From: Dimargaris cristalligena | Taxonomy: Eukaryota | Reading direction: 5' to 3' | Assembly: GCA_003614675.1 (NCBI GenBank) | Contig: ML002212.1 | Span: forward strand, 1-64,000 | DNA length: 64,000 nt | Part shown: piece after piece, positions 12,307-24,579 of the stretch | Position numbering within the stretch: the first letter of the stretch is position 1 | Layout of the letters: each line of letters begins with the position of its first letter | Notes under the pieces: generated by a model | What the model saw: the letters and a program-made list of their open reading frames with translations, nothing else | Database searches by the model: none | Told to the model about the DNA's origin: nothing | Position numbers and translations under genes: made by a program

Positions 12307-14573
12307 ATGGTGTTCAAGTCTACGCTGCCACCACTTAGTTACCCCAGAGTGGATATCGCCACTTTTGTTTTCCAATGTATTCACAGGTCCAGTATTTGGC
12401 GAAACCCTCTACAGCCCGTGTACATTGACTCGCATACCGGTGAGGCGGTAACCATCAGCGAATTTCAAACCAATGCCAAGGAACTCGCGTCCGGCTGGCA
12501 GAATACCGTCGGGCTTCGGCGTGGCGACGTGGTTGCCATGATTTCCCCTAACGATGTAAGACACTATAGCCACCGTGTGGTTTGTTGTGCCCTTGATTAC
12601 CAAAAATTAAAACCCTCTTGGCTCTAGGCTGGAAACACCTAACCCAGTTCTGGCAGCGCCTACTATACAGACATGTACTACCTGCTAGTATCATCTCAAA
12701 AATCACATGCTAATGCACTCCACTGCCCCTTCAAGTCACCCATGACCACCACACATCCTTTCTAGATCCACTATGCCTCGATAATGCTTAGCATCGTGCT
12801 GGCCGGCGGTATTGTCACCCCAGCTAACCCGGCATACACTGCTGACGAGATACTACACCAACTGAAAGATTCGGGTGCGAAATACGTCGTGGCGGATGGG
12901 GAAGCGTTACCCGCGGTTCAGGCGGCCTGTCGGAAAGCGAATATCCCGGACACTGCCCTTTTTACCATGCCCCGCAAATCCCCCCGGACACCTGTGCCCA
13001 GTATATTCACCATTCGATCGCAACTGCCATTCCAGCGGCTAAGTCTTAATTCCAAAGAGGTGGCCACTCAGACAGTGTACCTCTGTTATTCTTCGGGCAC
13101 AACAGGTAGGCTACCTTGTGAAGACTACATGCAGCTGGGTCTTTTAGTCTAATATAGTATCAGGATAGCCGGTGGATAATACCATGCATAAATGATTCAA
13201 GCACGGGACTCAGCTTCGCCTAGTATGAATACCAGAGGCATTGATTCCGCCGATTTTAATCGAGGCAGCCCCTCTATTTCCTACCGCTTCCTTACCATCC
13301 TAATCACCTGTAGGCCTTTCCAAAGGGGTAGAGCTTACCCACAGCAATATAATTTCCAACGTCTGCCAGTCATCCGCATTTAAAGAGCATGAAGGCGTGA
13401 GCCACCAAGGGAAACGGCAAATGGGCGTCCTTCCATTTTACCACGTCTACGGACTTAATCTACTAATTCATGCCAACTTTTATGAGGTAAATGGCCATTC
13501 TACCCGATATCGCAGGGCATATTTGTTTCCAGCTGTATTGAGTGCCCCCTCCGCTACAGCAGCAGTTGATTTCCTTCCACTGAATTAAACACCCTAGCCC
13601 AAATCTTCCAGAGTCTAACTTACCGCACCATTACACGGTTATTAATGTGTTCTTGCCCTCCTTCCAGGGTTCCATTGTGGTACTAGCTCGCAAATTTGAT
13701 TTCGTGCACTTCCTGGCCACAATTCAGAAGTATAGCATACATTACGCTTATCTGGTACCTCCCATTATTTTGGCCCTAGCCAGGCACCCTGCCGTATCCC
13801 AGTCGGACTTGTCGTCCCTAAAGTGGGTCCTGTCCAGTGCTGCTCCTGTATCACCGGCCCTCATTGAAGAGATCTTCCTTAAGCATGGTCTGGTGGTCAG
13901 TCAAGGATACGGCATGACCGAACTTTCACCGGCTACTCTGGTGACACCCATAAATAACCCCTATCGGGCTTCCACCGGGATATTGGTGAGCTCAATGGAG
14001 GGAAAAATCGTAGATGAAGCCGGCCACGAACTACCGCCCAACGAAATCGGGGAACTTTGGGTGCGAGGCCCCAATGTTATGAAAGGTTACTTGAACAATC
14101 CCCAGGCCACCGCGGCTATCCTTGATGCCGACGGGTTCCTACACACCGGCGACCTTGGCCACGTCAATGAACGTGGGTTCGTATTCATTTCGGACCGACT
14201 CAAGGAACTCATCAAGTACAAAGGGTTCCAAGTAGCCCCGGCCGAGCTCGAAGCTCTCATCATATCGCACCCCAAAGTCTTGGACGTGGCGGTGGTTGGT
14301 ACCTACGACTTTAACCACGCCACCGAAGTGCCCAAGGCGTTTGTGGTCTTGCGGGGTCAGGAAATACCCGCTACGGAGGCCTTCAAGAAAGTACTGGCCC
14401 AGGAAATTACCCAATTCGTTCACGATAACGTGGCGGCCCATAAGCGACTCCGAGGGGGGGTGGAATTTATGACCGAAGTGCCCAAGAATGCGACTGGTAA
14501 AATCCTACGCCGAGTTCTCAAGGCGAAGGAGGCGGAAAAGCAAGGCATACCTGCCCAAAGGGCCAAACTATAG
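12307..14573 (+). CDS. 4-coumarate-CoA ligase/luciferase-like acyl-CoA synthetase, peroxisomal, copy 2 (exons 12307-12555, 12766-13105, 13314-13486, 13668-14573; ~555 aa)
   Basis: Same motifs as copy 1, same intron positions and same lengths for exons 1-3 (249/340/173 nt). Ends in AKL. Confidence 0.93.
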
Positions 14574-14946
14574 TCACTGAATGCGGAAAAGGGCTATGCA
14601 AAACCCACCACCCCCCTCCATTTCTTTAATATCCGGTCAATTTACATTTATTTAGGAAGTTTGGTCAGCCAACTGATTAGGCCACGTGCTATTATTTTAT
14701 TATCGCTATTATATCCCAACATCTACTAATAGCATTCTGAATAGGTGTAGCCCCACTATAACTATCAATAAATACAGGCCCCTGTAATCAGGGAGGAGTA
14801 CTCTTTCGAAACGAGTAGTCACCTTCTTTTATATAAATTGGTACTAGTAATGACTTATTAGGTCTGGAACCGGACACCGGCGACTTCATTTCGATGGTGG
14901 ATGGTGCGGGCGGCCCAGGGGTGGACCTAAAAACCCATTCTTAGAC

Positions 14947-15165
14947 TCAGCGGTAGTACATTTCCAGGTTAGACCCGTCGTGAATTTCGTAGTCATCCAG
15001 AGTAATGTGGTCCTTGTATATAATATTACTCTTTTTGAGAATAATGCGCTGGAACGGCGTCCCGGTTTTCATGGCGATGCGCTTCTTAAGGTCGCCAATT
15101 GTGTCAGTGGCTTCACAATCCACCTGGATTTTCTTACCAAGCCGGTCGTTGCATTGGATTCTCAT
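14947..15165 (-). CDS. HUB1: Ubiquitin-like protein Hub1/UBL5 (single coding exon, 72 aa)
   Basis: [31 protein letters not shown] and the C-terminal di-tyrosine LEMYYR. ATG is in ACCATG context at 15165. Confidence 0.93.
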   Translation of the reverse strand: MRIQCNDRLGKKIQVDCEATDTIGDLKKRIAMKTGTPFQRIILKKSNIIYKDHITLDDYEIHDGSNLEMYYR

Positions 15166-17213
15166 GGTTGAGGGGTTTGAGCTAGCCACACTGTGGGACA
15201 CGGTAAGAGAGTTTGCGGGATGGGGGGGAGAGAGAGAGGATCAACGGGGGTGGCTGAGTAGTTTGCTTGCTGGTCGAAAGGTGAGTCAATGGGGCGGCGA
15301 AATGGCAAGAGAAAGGAAATAATATAGTAATACTTTAATATTCAGGAACATGGGGAATTCGCTAGTGGAGGCTTATTCAGGGAGTTTTAGAAAAAAGAAA
15401 TGAACATATAGTGAAGGCCAAGTAATGTGGAGAAACTCAACTCTCAGCTCCCGAATGTCCCTTCCCCCCCCCCCTGCCTCTTCGAACCGAGTCGAAATGT
15501 GCACCCTTGGAAGGCCACTGAGCAAATAGAATGGGAAGTTGGTCGCTTGTTTGAAACGCTCTGTTGAACATGGGAGCTTATACAGTGTGTTCCCAAACTA
15601 TACTATAGTATAGGCACAACTCTACTTAGTTCTGGCTAGCTGTAAGCAGCGCCTCGATTACCTCGCACTCCGCCCGTTTTAATAGACATATGCGGTGGAT
15701 GAGCGGACATGGCTAATCTGGTAGGGCTTTATTCATATACCTTCTCAGTACTGCGTATCATCCTTTTGAGGGATACATATGTGTATATCGCAGGGAGGGG
15801 GGTCGATTTTTAAATATAGACTAGTGAATAGTGGAATGGCAGTCTTTAATATCAGACGAGAAACCCAAATTAGCGGATTATTGGGCCGAGCGGGAGAGAG
15901 AAGAGAGGAGAGGAGAGGAATGCGCTGGAGGAATAGAGCGACGTGCACCCCCGCCGTAGTTGAGAGAGATCGGACAATAATAAAGATATACCCACCCAGA
16001 AGCCGGCCCGCGGTTCGCCATTGTTTAATTTTAGACGGGGCGTTGAGCAAAAGACCAATCTTAAGAGGGGTTTACATGTATTTTCGCTGTAACGACAGCT
16101 GGCCAGACTCGGGTATGTGAAAGGGCTAGTAGTTTCAGCCAGCTATGGACACGGACAAGGGTAAATGTAAAAGTAAGGGTATTCGTATCCGTAAGGCTGG
16201 AAAGGGGGCGCACCCTCCCCGGTCCACATGTACTATATTTACAAATCCCCTATGCCCAAAATATCCCCTCTAACGAGTCGCCCCCGTGCTAATGGTGAAT
16301 ATCGCAGTTGTAAATGCGACGGGCGAAGACTATATACCCTTGCAAGTCGACGAGAGGTTCTCTCCACCAGCCCCATATCCCTTATGTTTAGTCGTATGAG
16401 ACTCCCTCCTAGTGATACCCTCGTCCCATGGTTACCCAACCAACACTAGTGCTCCACTCGTTCTTAGCAATTGGTTCGGGGCCTTTGACAAGAAGGGTGC
16501 GTCTATTTCCCTCCTTCACCTTCTCTCCTCTCTCTCTCTCTCTCCTCACCCCGCTCTTCCGCTTGGCAACCAGAGTCTTTTTGTGGAGGCGCAAGCGGGC
16601 TCACCAATTCCATTTAAAAACCAACCGACTCGCTCACTGAAAAGTTATCCACCAACATCTTTCCCTCTCTTCAATCACCTTTCCGTTTTCCAAGCCCCCT
16701 TTAGTTTGCACACTGCGACCACGTCCAGGCTCTTCAGTCATTCCACATCTCCCGTCTTTTAATATCATATATATATATATTGAAAGTCTACTTTTTCTGT
16801 AGTGACTGAACGACCTGTTGATCTTTTTGAGGCGTGTTCTTGTTTAAAGAAATAATTGTTTCAGTATCTCCCTCCCCTCCTCCTCCTCTTAATTCACCCT
16901 ACCGACCCATTCTTCGGATATCTTTTCGCCCCCTGATTTATCATCAATTCTATTCATCGATATTTATATCCGGTGGCTATCACCACCACTAGTCGGCCCT
17001 TGTGAATTATTCGCCTCCATCTGAATCAATATCGCAGTTTTGCATACTATCTCCCCCCTTTGTACCTTCGTTTTAGTTTCTACTGATTTTGTACCAAATC
17101 ATCTCTACGTACGCCGCTATCCGTCTTGATTGTAAACTATTTACTCTCCACCCCGCTCTGCCTCCGAGTCTTCTACGCCTACACATCACCTCACCATAAG
17201 TCCATCACCAAAA

Positions 17214-18329
17214 ATGATACAGCCCATCCGCGCCAGCTGCATTATCGCCCTTCTAGCTATCAGCTACTGGAATATGAGCGAGATCGCCGCCAATGAGAAA
17301 TGCCGTGACCATACTAGCCCAGGCCCATCCTACATACCCCGAATGCGGTCCCCCGACAGTAATTACCGCGCGCCCGTTGCCCAGAATACCACCACTGGAA
17401 GGTATCAGTCTAATGATAGAAATCGTGGCAAGAAGTACCAGAGCAACAGCCAGTCTACGGTGCCCACCACGTCGGCAGTGCCTCCCCCTAGCGCAACTAC
17501 TGTGGCCCCCCTCCCACCCGTGGTGAGTCAGACGACCAATGCCCCCATAGCTCCTACCGTTGACCCAACTGCCGCTATTAGTGAAACGACCGATTCCCCC
17601 GCGGTACCTACCACCAGCTCAGCGACGGGTGCTCCCACCGCCGACTCGACGACGGTCACTCCTCCCGTCCCTACTACCACCACTACTAGCGAAGTGACAA
17701 GCGAATCCACCAGCGAACCTCCGGTGACTCAAACGACTAGCTCGGCCGAACCCACCACATCTTCCCCAGCGGGGGTCTCCAAGTTTATCGGCGAATATGC
17801 CAGTGCCTTTAGCGAATTCTACTCGACCTCCACCGACATGGTCAACATTGACATTTGCGAATGGGGTCAACAGCCCCGTACCCAAAGTGTGACCCGGCCG
17901 TTCGCCGAAAATATGGCCCAGCTGGGCTCCGGGCGCTGGAATGGCAACCAATGGTTTACCATTGTGGAGGGCGCTTCGACCGCCCGGCCTTTTGGTTGTT
18001 TCGCACCTACCGCTTCAGCCATTGGCCAGCTGGGTAGCACTCTGTACCCGTATTCCAGCGTGGCCGCTTTGGACTACCAAATTGGTGACACCCTCTACGT
18101 GAAGGACTTGGACGGTCTGGCCCTGGGCCCCACCCAGAAGCACAATGGTTGTCTGATCGTCGAAGGTCGGGCTACGCCCGCCGGTAGTGTGGCCATTTAC
18201 ATTCTGTCCCAGAGTAACTTCGTTTACTTCGAAGCGTTCAACAAGAACGCTAACCATGATGTCGAAAAGAAGGCGTGCGACCCCATCCAGACCTACCAAA
18301 CTTCCTCCGATCCCGCCACCCACCTATAG
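17214..18329 (+). CDS. Secreted protein: signal peptide, S/T/P-rich stalk, C-terminal 3D (MltA-like double-psi barrel)-like domain, copy 1
   Basis: Hydrophobic N-terminus (SCIIALLAISYW) and mucin-like linker. C-terminal LYPYSSVAALDYQIGDTLYVKDLDG...HNGCLIVE...VAIYIL resembles the 3D-domain pattern by eye. Intronless 371-aa ORF. Confidence 0.8.
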   Translation: MIQPIRASCIIALLAISYWNMSEIAANEKCRDHTSPGPSYIPRMRSPDSNYRAPVAQNTTTGRYQSNDRNRGKKYQSNSQSTVPTTSAVPPPSATTVAPLPPVVSQTTNAPIAPTVDPTAAISETTDSPAVPTTSSATGAPTADSTTVTPPVPTTTTTSEVTSESTSEPPVTQTTSSAEPTTSSPAGVSKFIGEYASAFSEFYSTSTDMVNIDICEWGQQPRTQSVTRPFAENMAQLGSGRWNGNQWFTIVEGASTARPFGCFAPTASAIGQLGSTLYPYSSVAALDYQIGDTLYVKDLDGLALGPTQKHNGCLIVEGRATPAGSVAIYILSQSNFVYFEAFNKNANHDVEKKACDPIQTYQTSSDPATHL

Positions 18330-20133
18330 TACCTCCCCCCTCTCTCTCTCTCTCTCTCTCGAAATTATTTCGTCCGATCCAGGAAAGGCAGCCGGACTGC
18401 CTCTCTTCCCTCCCTCCCCATGTACTATAGCTCCGGGCATTCGCAGGTCGAATCCAACATTGTCAACTTAACCCCCTCACGATCCGGCAGTTCTAGTGGG
18501 GATTAGAATTGCCGCATCAGTGTGGCAATGTGATTTAATTATTTAGTTATTTAGTAGTCTCTATGATAGAGTATTTCACCCGAGATGCATGAGTGTCGTT
18601 TATCTTTAGTTTAGGCATGTATGTGAATCCGTAGTTTCATTTCGTTTTTGCAATTCTTTCTTTGTCTTCATCGCTACTCAGTTTCTCAAGCTCCATGGTA
18701 AAACTATATCCAGCATTCTCTTCGTACCCCATATTGACCCAATCGAACATCCATGATCTCTCTGTTTTACTCAAGTCACCGCCAATTTCGCACGCGCCAC
18801 ATCTGTCTTTTAGTCTAGTATTTATTTATATGTAGTACAAATCAGTCTTTTCATGATCAATAAATTTGTTTCCAATTATCATAGGGATAGCGATTGTATT
18901 TTAAGTAAATCTGTTTTTTTTAAAACTTTTCGGCCACACCGGTTCTACCATGGAATTGGATTTTATATAAAGGCTGACTAGTATATCCGCCTAGGCGGAC
19001 CGTGAATTCTATAAGATCTTCTGATAATCAAAGAAAGTTCTTATTGTAGACCCATTTGGCCCCAAATGCATGATAGTTACTCCCCTTTGCAAATCTGGCT
19101 CGGAAGAGAGATGTCGGTCTAGATTGATGACTCCATGGCTGTGATAGGGGCTGTTTTTATTTACTAACCATATCCATTTACACATTACAATACTAATAAA
19201 GATTATAGGCAAGTATTGATAGTAGCGGATATTTTGGTAATCACAGCAGGAAGAGAACTGCCTAGTATTGATAAACATGTGGAAATAAATAGACTGATGG
19301 GTGCAGTAGTCATCTAGGGGTCCATGTCGGGGCAGACCATCTGTTCCTTTTTATACTGGAGGTTTTGAGGACCTCTGCCTCTATATGCGTAGGGTATCGG
19401 CCAAGAACAGCAAGGAGTTACCCCATGGGCTTAGCGCACCTCGGGTGGTGACATGGGCGTCGTATCTTTATGGGAGTGGACAGGCCCACCCAGTAAAGCA
19501 CTAGGTGTTACTGCAACATAGGCGACTTCAGTTGGCACCCCTGAAGTGCCGTCGGGGTTTATAGTAATCATGGGAGGAGCCGGTGCCTGTGGTGGGCTAG
19601 TCGGTCCTCCGGGTACATGGGTCGCTGGGTCTGCATTGGACACCCCTGATGATATAGTATCAACAACAGCACTAACAGTATCTCGAAGGCCCCCCCTTTT
19701 TGGGAGTTGATAAGTATAAATTACTAGATGGTGACCTATTATCTATTTTACAGGTGAAGTTCGCCATATTCATTTGGGATTTTGGCTGAAACGTAAATGG
19801 TTGAATAAGCGAAATGTCTATTGTTATCGAGTAGTGTATATCGTATTAAACGGTTTTTTCATTATACAGTGGGACTTAACTTTTAGCATAAGTATGACCA
19901 GTCGCCTGGTGTCGTGCCGAAATTAATTATCAGATACATGTATTCAAAACCACCTTGGCCTTGGATGCCTTACACCACATAACAAGCCGTATTATTTAGC
20001 CAATTTCAAACTCTTGTTTAAATAATAGATATATATATGGCGGCTTTTACTTTTCTTTACACTAAGTGTCGAGATAAAAAGACAAAAGTGTTACTTGCTG
20101 TTGAGTTTGGCGGACCTAAAATAACCTATTAGG

Positions 20134-20274
20134 ATATAGCCAAGCCTACATTCGTGGGCTCCCCGATGCAGCATTCGAATAGGGTATTAAATGTTAAAAA
20201 TAAATATGCCGCCCATCTTTTCATATGCCTATTTTCTAAAAATCCTATACAGCTGAATTGGCTTTCGGCCATAT
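20134..20274. mobile_element. MITE-like element, degenerate copy
   Basis: Right half GTTAAAAATAAATAT...TATACAGCTG...GGCCATAT matches the family. Ends ATATAGCC/GGCCATAT are inverted. Confidence 0.55.
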
Positions 20275-21359
20275 AGTTCTTTGGCGAAGACAACATCTAT
20301 TTCGCATGCTACCTTATTTTTGGGGGAAAATAAAGCCAGGCGATTGGGGCCAACGAGAATGGGTATAAGTGAAGGCTTTGGAGAGACGGGGGGAGCTAAG
20401 GGAGGTATATTTTGGAAAACAGCGCACGTATCAACCGAGGGTAATGGGCCTCGACCCCGGCCGGGTGTACGTTGACGCGTGAGTTATGCAGCAGTAGACG
20501 CTAGGCTCGGTCGCTTGTTTCCGTCGGAGTGATTTTCAAACTTCTATTAAATTAAACCCCATTTATATTTGACAATAGTGCGCTCAGAATCCCAAGCACG
20601 GGTGCTTGCCGGCTCAGATGAGATATATTTAGTTCCCTGAATAGGAGGAAGGGAGAGAGTGAGAGAGAGAGATAGAGAGGAAGAGGCAAGTATGTGAAAC
20701 TACTCATTCCAATATGCAATGGATAGCTTTTATTGCCAATACCGATGCCGCTGCCTCCCCTTCTCCCTATTACGGCCGGACGCTGCTCCGCCAAGGCACC
20801 TCCCCCCTCCCTTTTTTCCGTTGCTGTCCTCTCATACCCTGGTCTAATTGACTGGCCGAGCCAGACTCCCGAGAATAAAGACTCGATTCTCCCTGGGACC
20901 TCTTGGATATAAAGGGGCTAACTCAATGAACGCGTGCTTCACCACGGCTGAAAAGCAGCGAACCGCTACTATGGGAAAATTACCGTCTTCTATATATAAC
21001 AACGCCATGCCCACTTGCTACAGTTCATTTTGTAAAGACACCCACCCTGCCTGTTTTTTTCGTTTCCCCTTACCTGTAAATTATACTTCAGTGTTATAGT
21101 GATACTTGCGCAGTTGGCCGCTTATCTTTATACGTTTAATTCGATTTTCGATACCTATTGGATAACTATTCTAATGAACTAATCCTTCGCCGAAAGCCTA
21201 CGTATAATACTTCTATATATATATATATATATATATTAATATAATTTGGTCAGGGACTAGATTCTCCGTGTTTCCTGCCAGCGGTATCTCTATACACTCT
21301 TATTCTATAATTTATAACACCATACTGATTATTTTTTCAGGGTTCAAGTGACTGCCGAA

Positions 21360-22382
21360 ATGGTTAGGTTTATTACGGCTAGTTACATAGCCGCACTTCT
21401 TGCAGTTAGCCATTGGGCTGCCACCGAGCTGGCTTACGCACAGCAAGCCGCCCAGGAGAACAACTCAATTCCTATTCCCGCGAGTTCGTCGGCCGTTCCG
21501 GCTATACCACCCCCTACCCAGTCGAACATTCCCCCTACTGCTCCAGTCCAAAACCAAGCAAATACTAACCCGCCCGCTGGGCCGGTGGTGATTACTACTA
21601 CTACTACTACGGCTGCTGCTGCTATTGCTGCTACTACCAGTCAAGCGGAGGCTGCTCCCGCTATTTCATCCGCGAACCAAGTGACCGGTCCACCAGCCAC
21701 CACTGCCGCACCGGCTACCGACCCTACGACCGTCTCACCTCCTGCTGCACCGGTCAACCCATCGACCGTTGCCGCCCCCACGAATGGCACCATCGCTGAG
21801 ACACCGCCACCTGCAGCCGAGGCCGGCACCCCCAAAATGATTGCGCAGTACGCCAGTGCCTTTAGCGAATTCTTCGCCACCTCCACCGACATGGTCAATA
21901 TTGACATTTGCGAATGGGGTCAGCAGCCCCGCACCCAAAGTGTGACCCGGTCGTTCGTTGAAAATATGGCCCAGCTGGGCTCCGGGCGCTGGAACGGTAG
22001 TCAATGGTTTACTATTGTGGAGGGAGCATCGACTGCCCGGCCTTTCGGTTGTTACGCACCCACCGCCTCAGCCATTGGTCAGTCTGGCAAGGCGCTGTAC
22101 CCGTACTCCAGCGCGGCTTCGGCGGATTTTGAACTCGGTGACACCATTTTCGTGAAAGACTTGGAAGGCATGGTCCTTAATCCGACCCAGAAGCACAATG
22201 GTTGCCTGGTTATTGAGGGTAAGGCAACGGCCGCTAATAGTGTGGGGATTTATATACTTTCCAAGAATAACGTGGGCTACTTCGACCTGTTTAATAAGAG
22301 CCCCAGTCATGGTGTCGAAAAGAAGGCCTGTGAACCCATCACGACCTACCAAACCTCCACCGACCCCAATACGCACCTTTAG
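21360..22382 (+). CDS. Secreted protein: signal peptide, A/T/P-rich stalk, 3D-like domain, copy 2
   Basis: MVRFITASYIAALLAVSHWAA signal peptide. The C-terminal ~180 aa is highly similar to 17214-18329. A likely 5'-UTR intron acceptor (TTTTTTCAG) lies at ~21340. Confidence 0.8.
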   Translation: MVRFITASYIAALLAVSHWAATELAYAQQAAQENNSIPIPASSSAVPAIPPPTQSNIPPTAPVQNQANTNPPAGPVVITTTTTTAAAAIAATTSQAEAAPAISSANQVTGPPATTAAPATDPTTVSPPAAPVNPSTVAAPTNGTIAETPPPAAEAGTPKMIAQYASAFSEFFATSTDMVNIDICEWGQQPRTQSVTRSFVENMAQLGSGRWNGSQWFTIVEGASTARPFGCYAPTASAIGQSGKALYPYSSAASADFELGDTIFVKDLEGMVLNPTQKHNGCLVIEGKATAANSVGIYILSKNNVGYFDLFNKSPSHGVEKKACEPITTYQTSTDPNTHL

Positions 22383-23098
22383 GGTCTTCCGGGGATATAT
22401 CCGGTCGGTTTAAAGACAATCGGTATACTTTTTATACCAGTGGTCCTGGACCGGATTCCTTTTCTTAAGGTTCCACTTGGTTTCGAGCAATTATTCGCAA
22501 TTTACGGTGTCTCAATTTGGCTGAGTATTGCCATATCAAAGTAATAAATACAACTGGTTTGCGCCATTTTCTAGAATAATCCGACGACAATATAGCCCAG
22601 ATTTCTTGAAACACGGTATTGTCCAATTTCACTTGGGCTGCTGCTACCCGCCATCGCTCCTTTCTGAGCGGTATTTTGGTTGAACCTTAGTTTATAAATA
22701 CAGTTGTATAAGGGAATAAGGGAATGGTTCTATTCGGTATTCGTCTCTGCTTAAGTCTGGCCGTAACGGCTATTCGTTGATATGTGCCTACAACATTGAC
22801 TCTGAAGGTGACCATGATAAAGTGGCCAAAACCCGTCTAATGGTACTATTTTTTGAGTGACGGGTTTTGAAGGTGGAGGCCAAAACACCCATCGTTTGTC
22901 AGCGGAGTTGTCCGCCATTCCAAGGGGGTGGTGACTTACATCTACGAAGAGAGTATACAATGCCGCTTAGTCTATAGAAAAGGATTCCTTCATCGTCCTT
23001 CTAATCTCGTTTCCCACTACTACCTTCCGACTTATCTTACCCTTTGTGCTCAGCCCACTATCCCGAATTTAACCATTACCCCTTAACATCTATTCGAC

Positions 23099-24579
23099 AT
23101 GGACGAAATCGGCATTGCCTTCTCATCCGACATCAAGGGTTCATCCGTGGTAAGTGTTGCGAAATGAGGATTTACTCAGCACCGTACGGCCGAAGGTATA
23201 CCCCTCGCCCTTGTTTAATTCGATTCGCATTAGCCATGCCTCTCTCTACCTGCGAGTCATTGTAGGAGGGCGGTGGGATTCCACATGGTACTACCATGAG
23301 CCCATTGCTAACCCTCCACCAATACCCCCCTATAACTGCCTGAATGCCCCCCCCCCCTCATATGTCGTATATTTAGGACACCACCACTACTCCGGGCGCC
23401 GCTCGCCCCGATCTGCTGGAGGAAATCAAGGACCAGGACCTGTACCTCCGCCTCAAGAAACTGCAACGCCACGTGGAGCTTCTCGAGCTGCAAGAGGAGT
23501 ACATTAAGGACGAGCAAAAGAATCTCAAACGGGAACTCGTGCGCGCCCAGGAAGAGGTCAAGCGTATCCAGTCTGTGCCGCTGGTACTGGGTCAGTTCCT
23601 CGAGGTCATTGACCGGGACACGGGTATCGTGGGCTCCACCACCGGGTCCAACTACGTGGTGCGCATCCTGAGTACCATTGACCGGGAATTACTGAAACCG
23701 AACACTTCCGTTGCTCTCCACCGCCATTCGAGCGCCCTGGTGGATATCCTGCCCCCCGAAGCAGATAGCAGTATCACCTTGTTGGGACCGGACGAAAAAC
23801 CCGACGTGTCCTACGCGGATATCGGTGGCCTGGATATCCAGAAACAGGAAATCCGCGAGGCGGTGGAACTGCCCCTGACCCACTTTGACCTGTACCGCCA
23901 AATCGGTATCGACCCGCCCCGCGGGGTGTTGCTGTACGGTCCCCCAGGGACGGGGAAGACCATGTTGGTCAAGGCGGTGGCGCACCACACGACGGCCTCC
24001 TTCATCCGGGTGGTCGGGTCGGAGTTTGTGCAAAAGTACCTCGGCGAGGGACCCCGTATGGTCCGGGACACCTTCCGCCTGGCCCGGGAGAACGCGCCAT
24101 CCATCATTTTCATTGACGAAATCGACTCCATTGCCACCAAGCGTTTCGACGCCCAAACCGGAGCGGACCGGGAAGTCCAGCGTATTCTACTGGAATTGCT
24201 CAACCAGATGGACGGTTTCGACCAGACCGTGAACATCAAGGTCATCATGGCCACTAACCGGGCCGATACGCTCGACCCCGCCCTGTTGCGCCCCGGTCGG
24301 TTGGACCGTAAAATTGAATTCCCCACCCCGGACCGCCGCCAGAAACGCCTCATCTTCTCGGCCATCACGGCCAAAATGAACCTCTCCGAAGAAGTGGACC
24401 TGGAGGACTTTGTGTCCCGCCCGGACAAACTGAGCGGTGCCGAAATCGCGGCCATTTGCCAGGAGGCCGGTATGCATGCCGTGCGTAAGAACCGCTACGT
24501 GATTCTGTCCAAGGACCTGGAGAAGGGCTACCGGGCCAACGTTAAAAAGACCGACATTGATTTCGAATTTTATAAGTAA
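23099..24579 (+). CDS. RPT3: 26S proteasome regulatory AAA-ATPase Rpt3/PSMC4 (exons 23099-23149, 23377-24579; ~417 aa)
   Basis: [29 protein letters not shown], Walker A GPPGTGKT, Walker [24 protein letters not shown], and C-terminal HbYX FYK. Confidence 0.97.
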
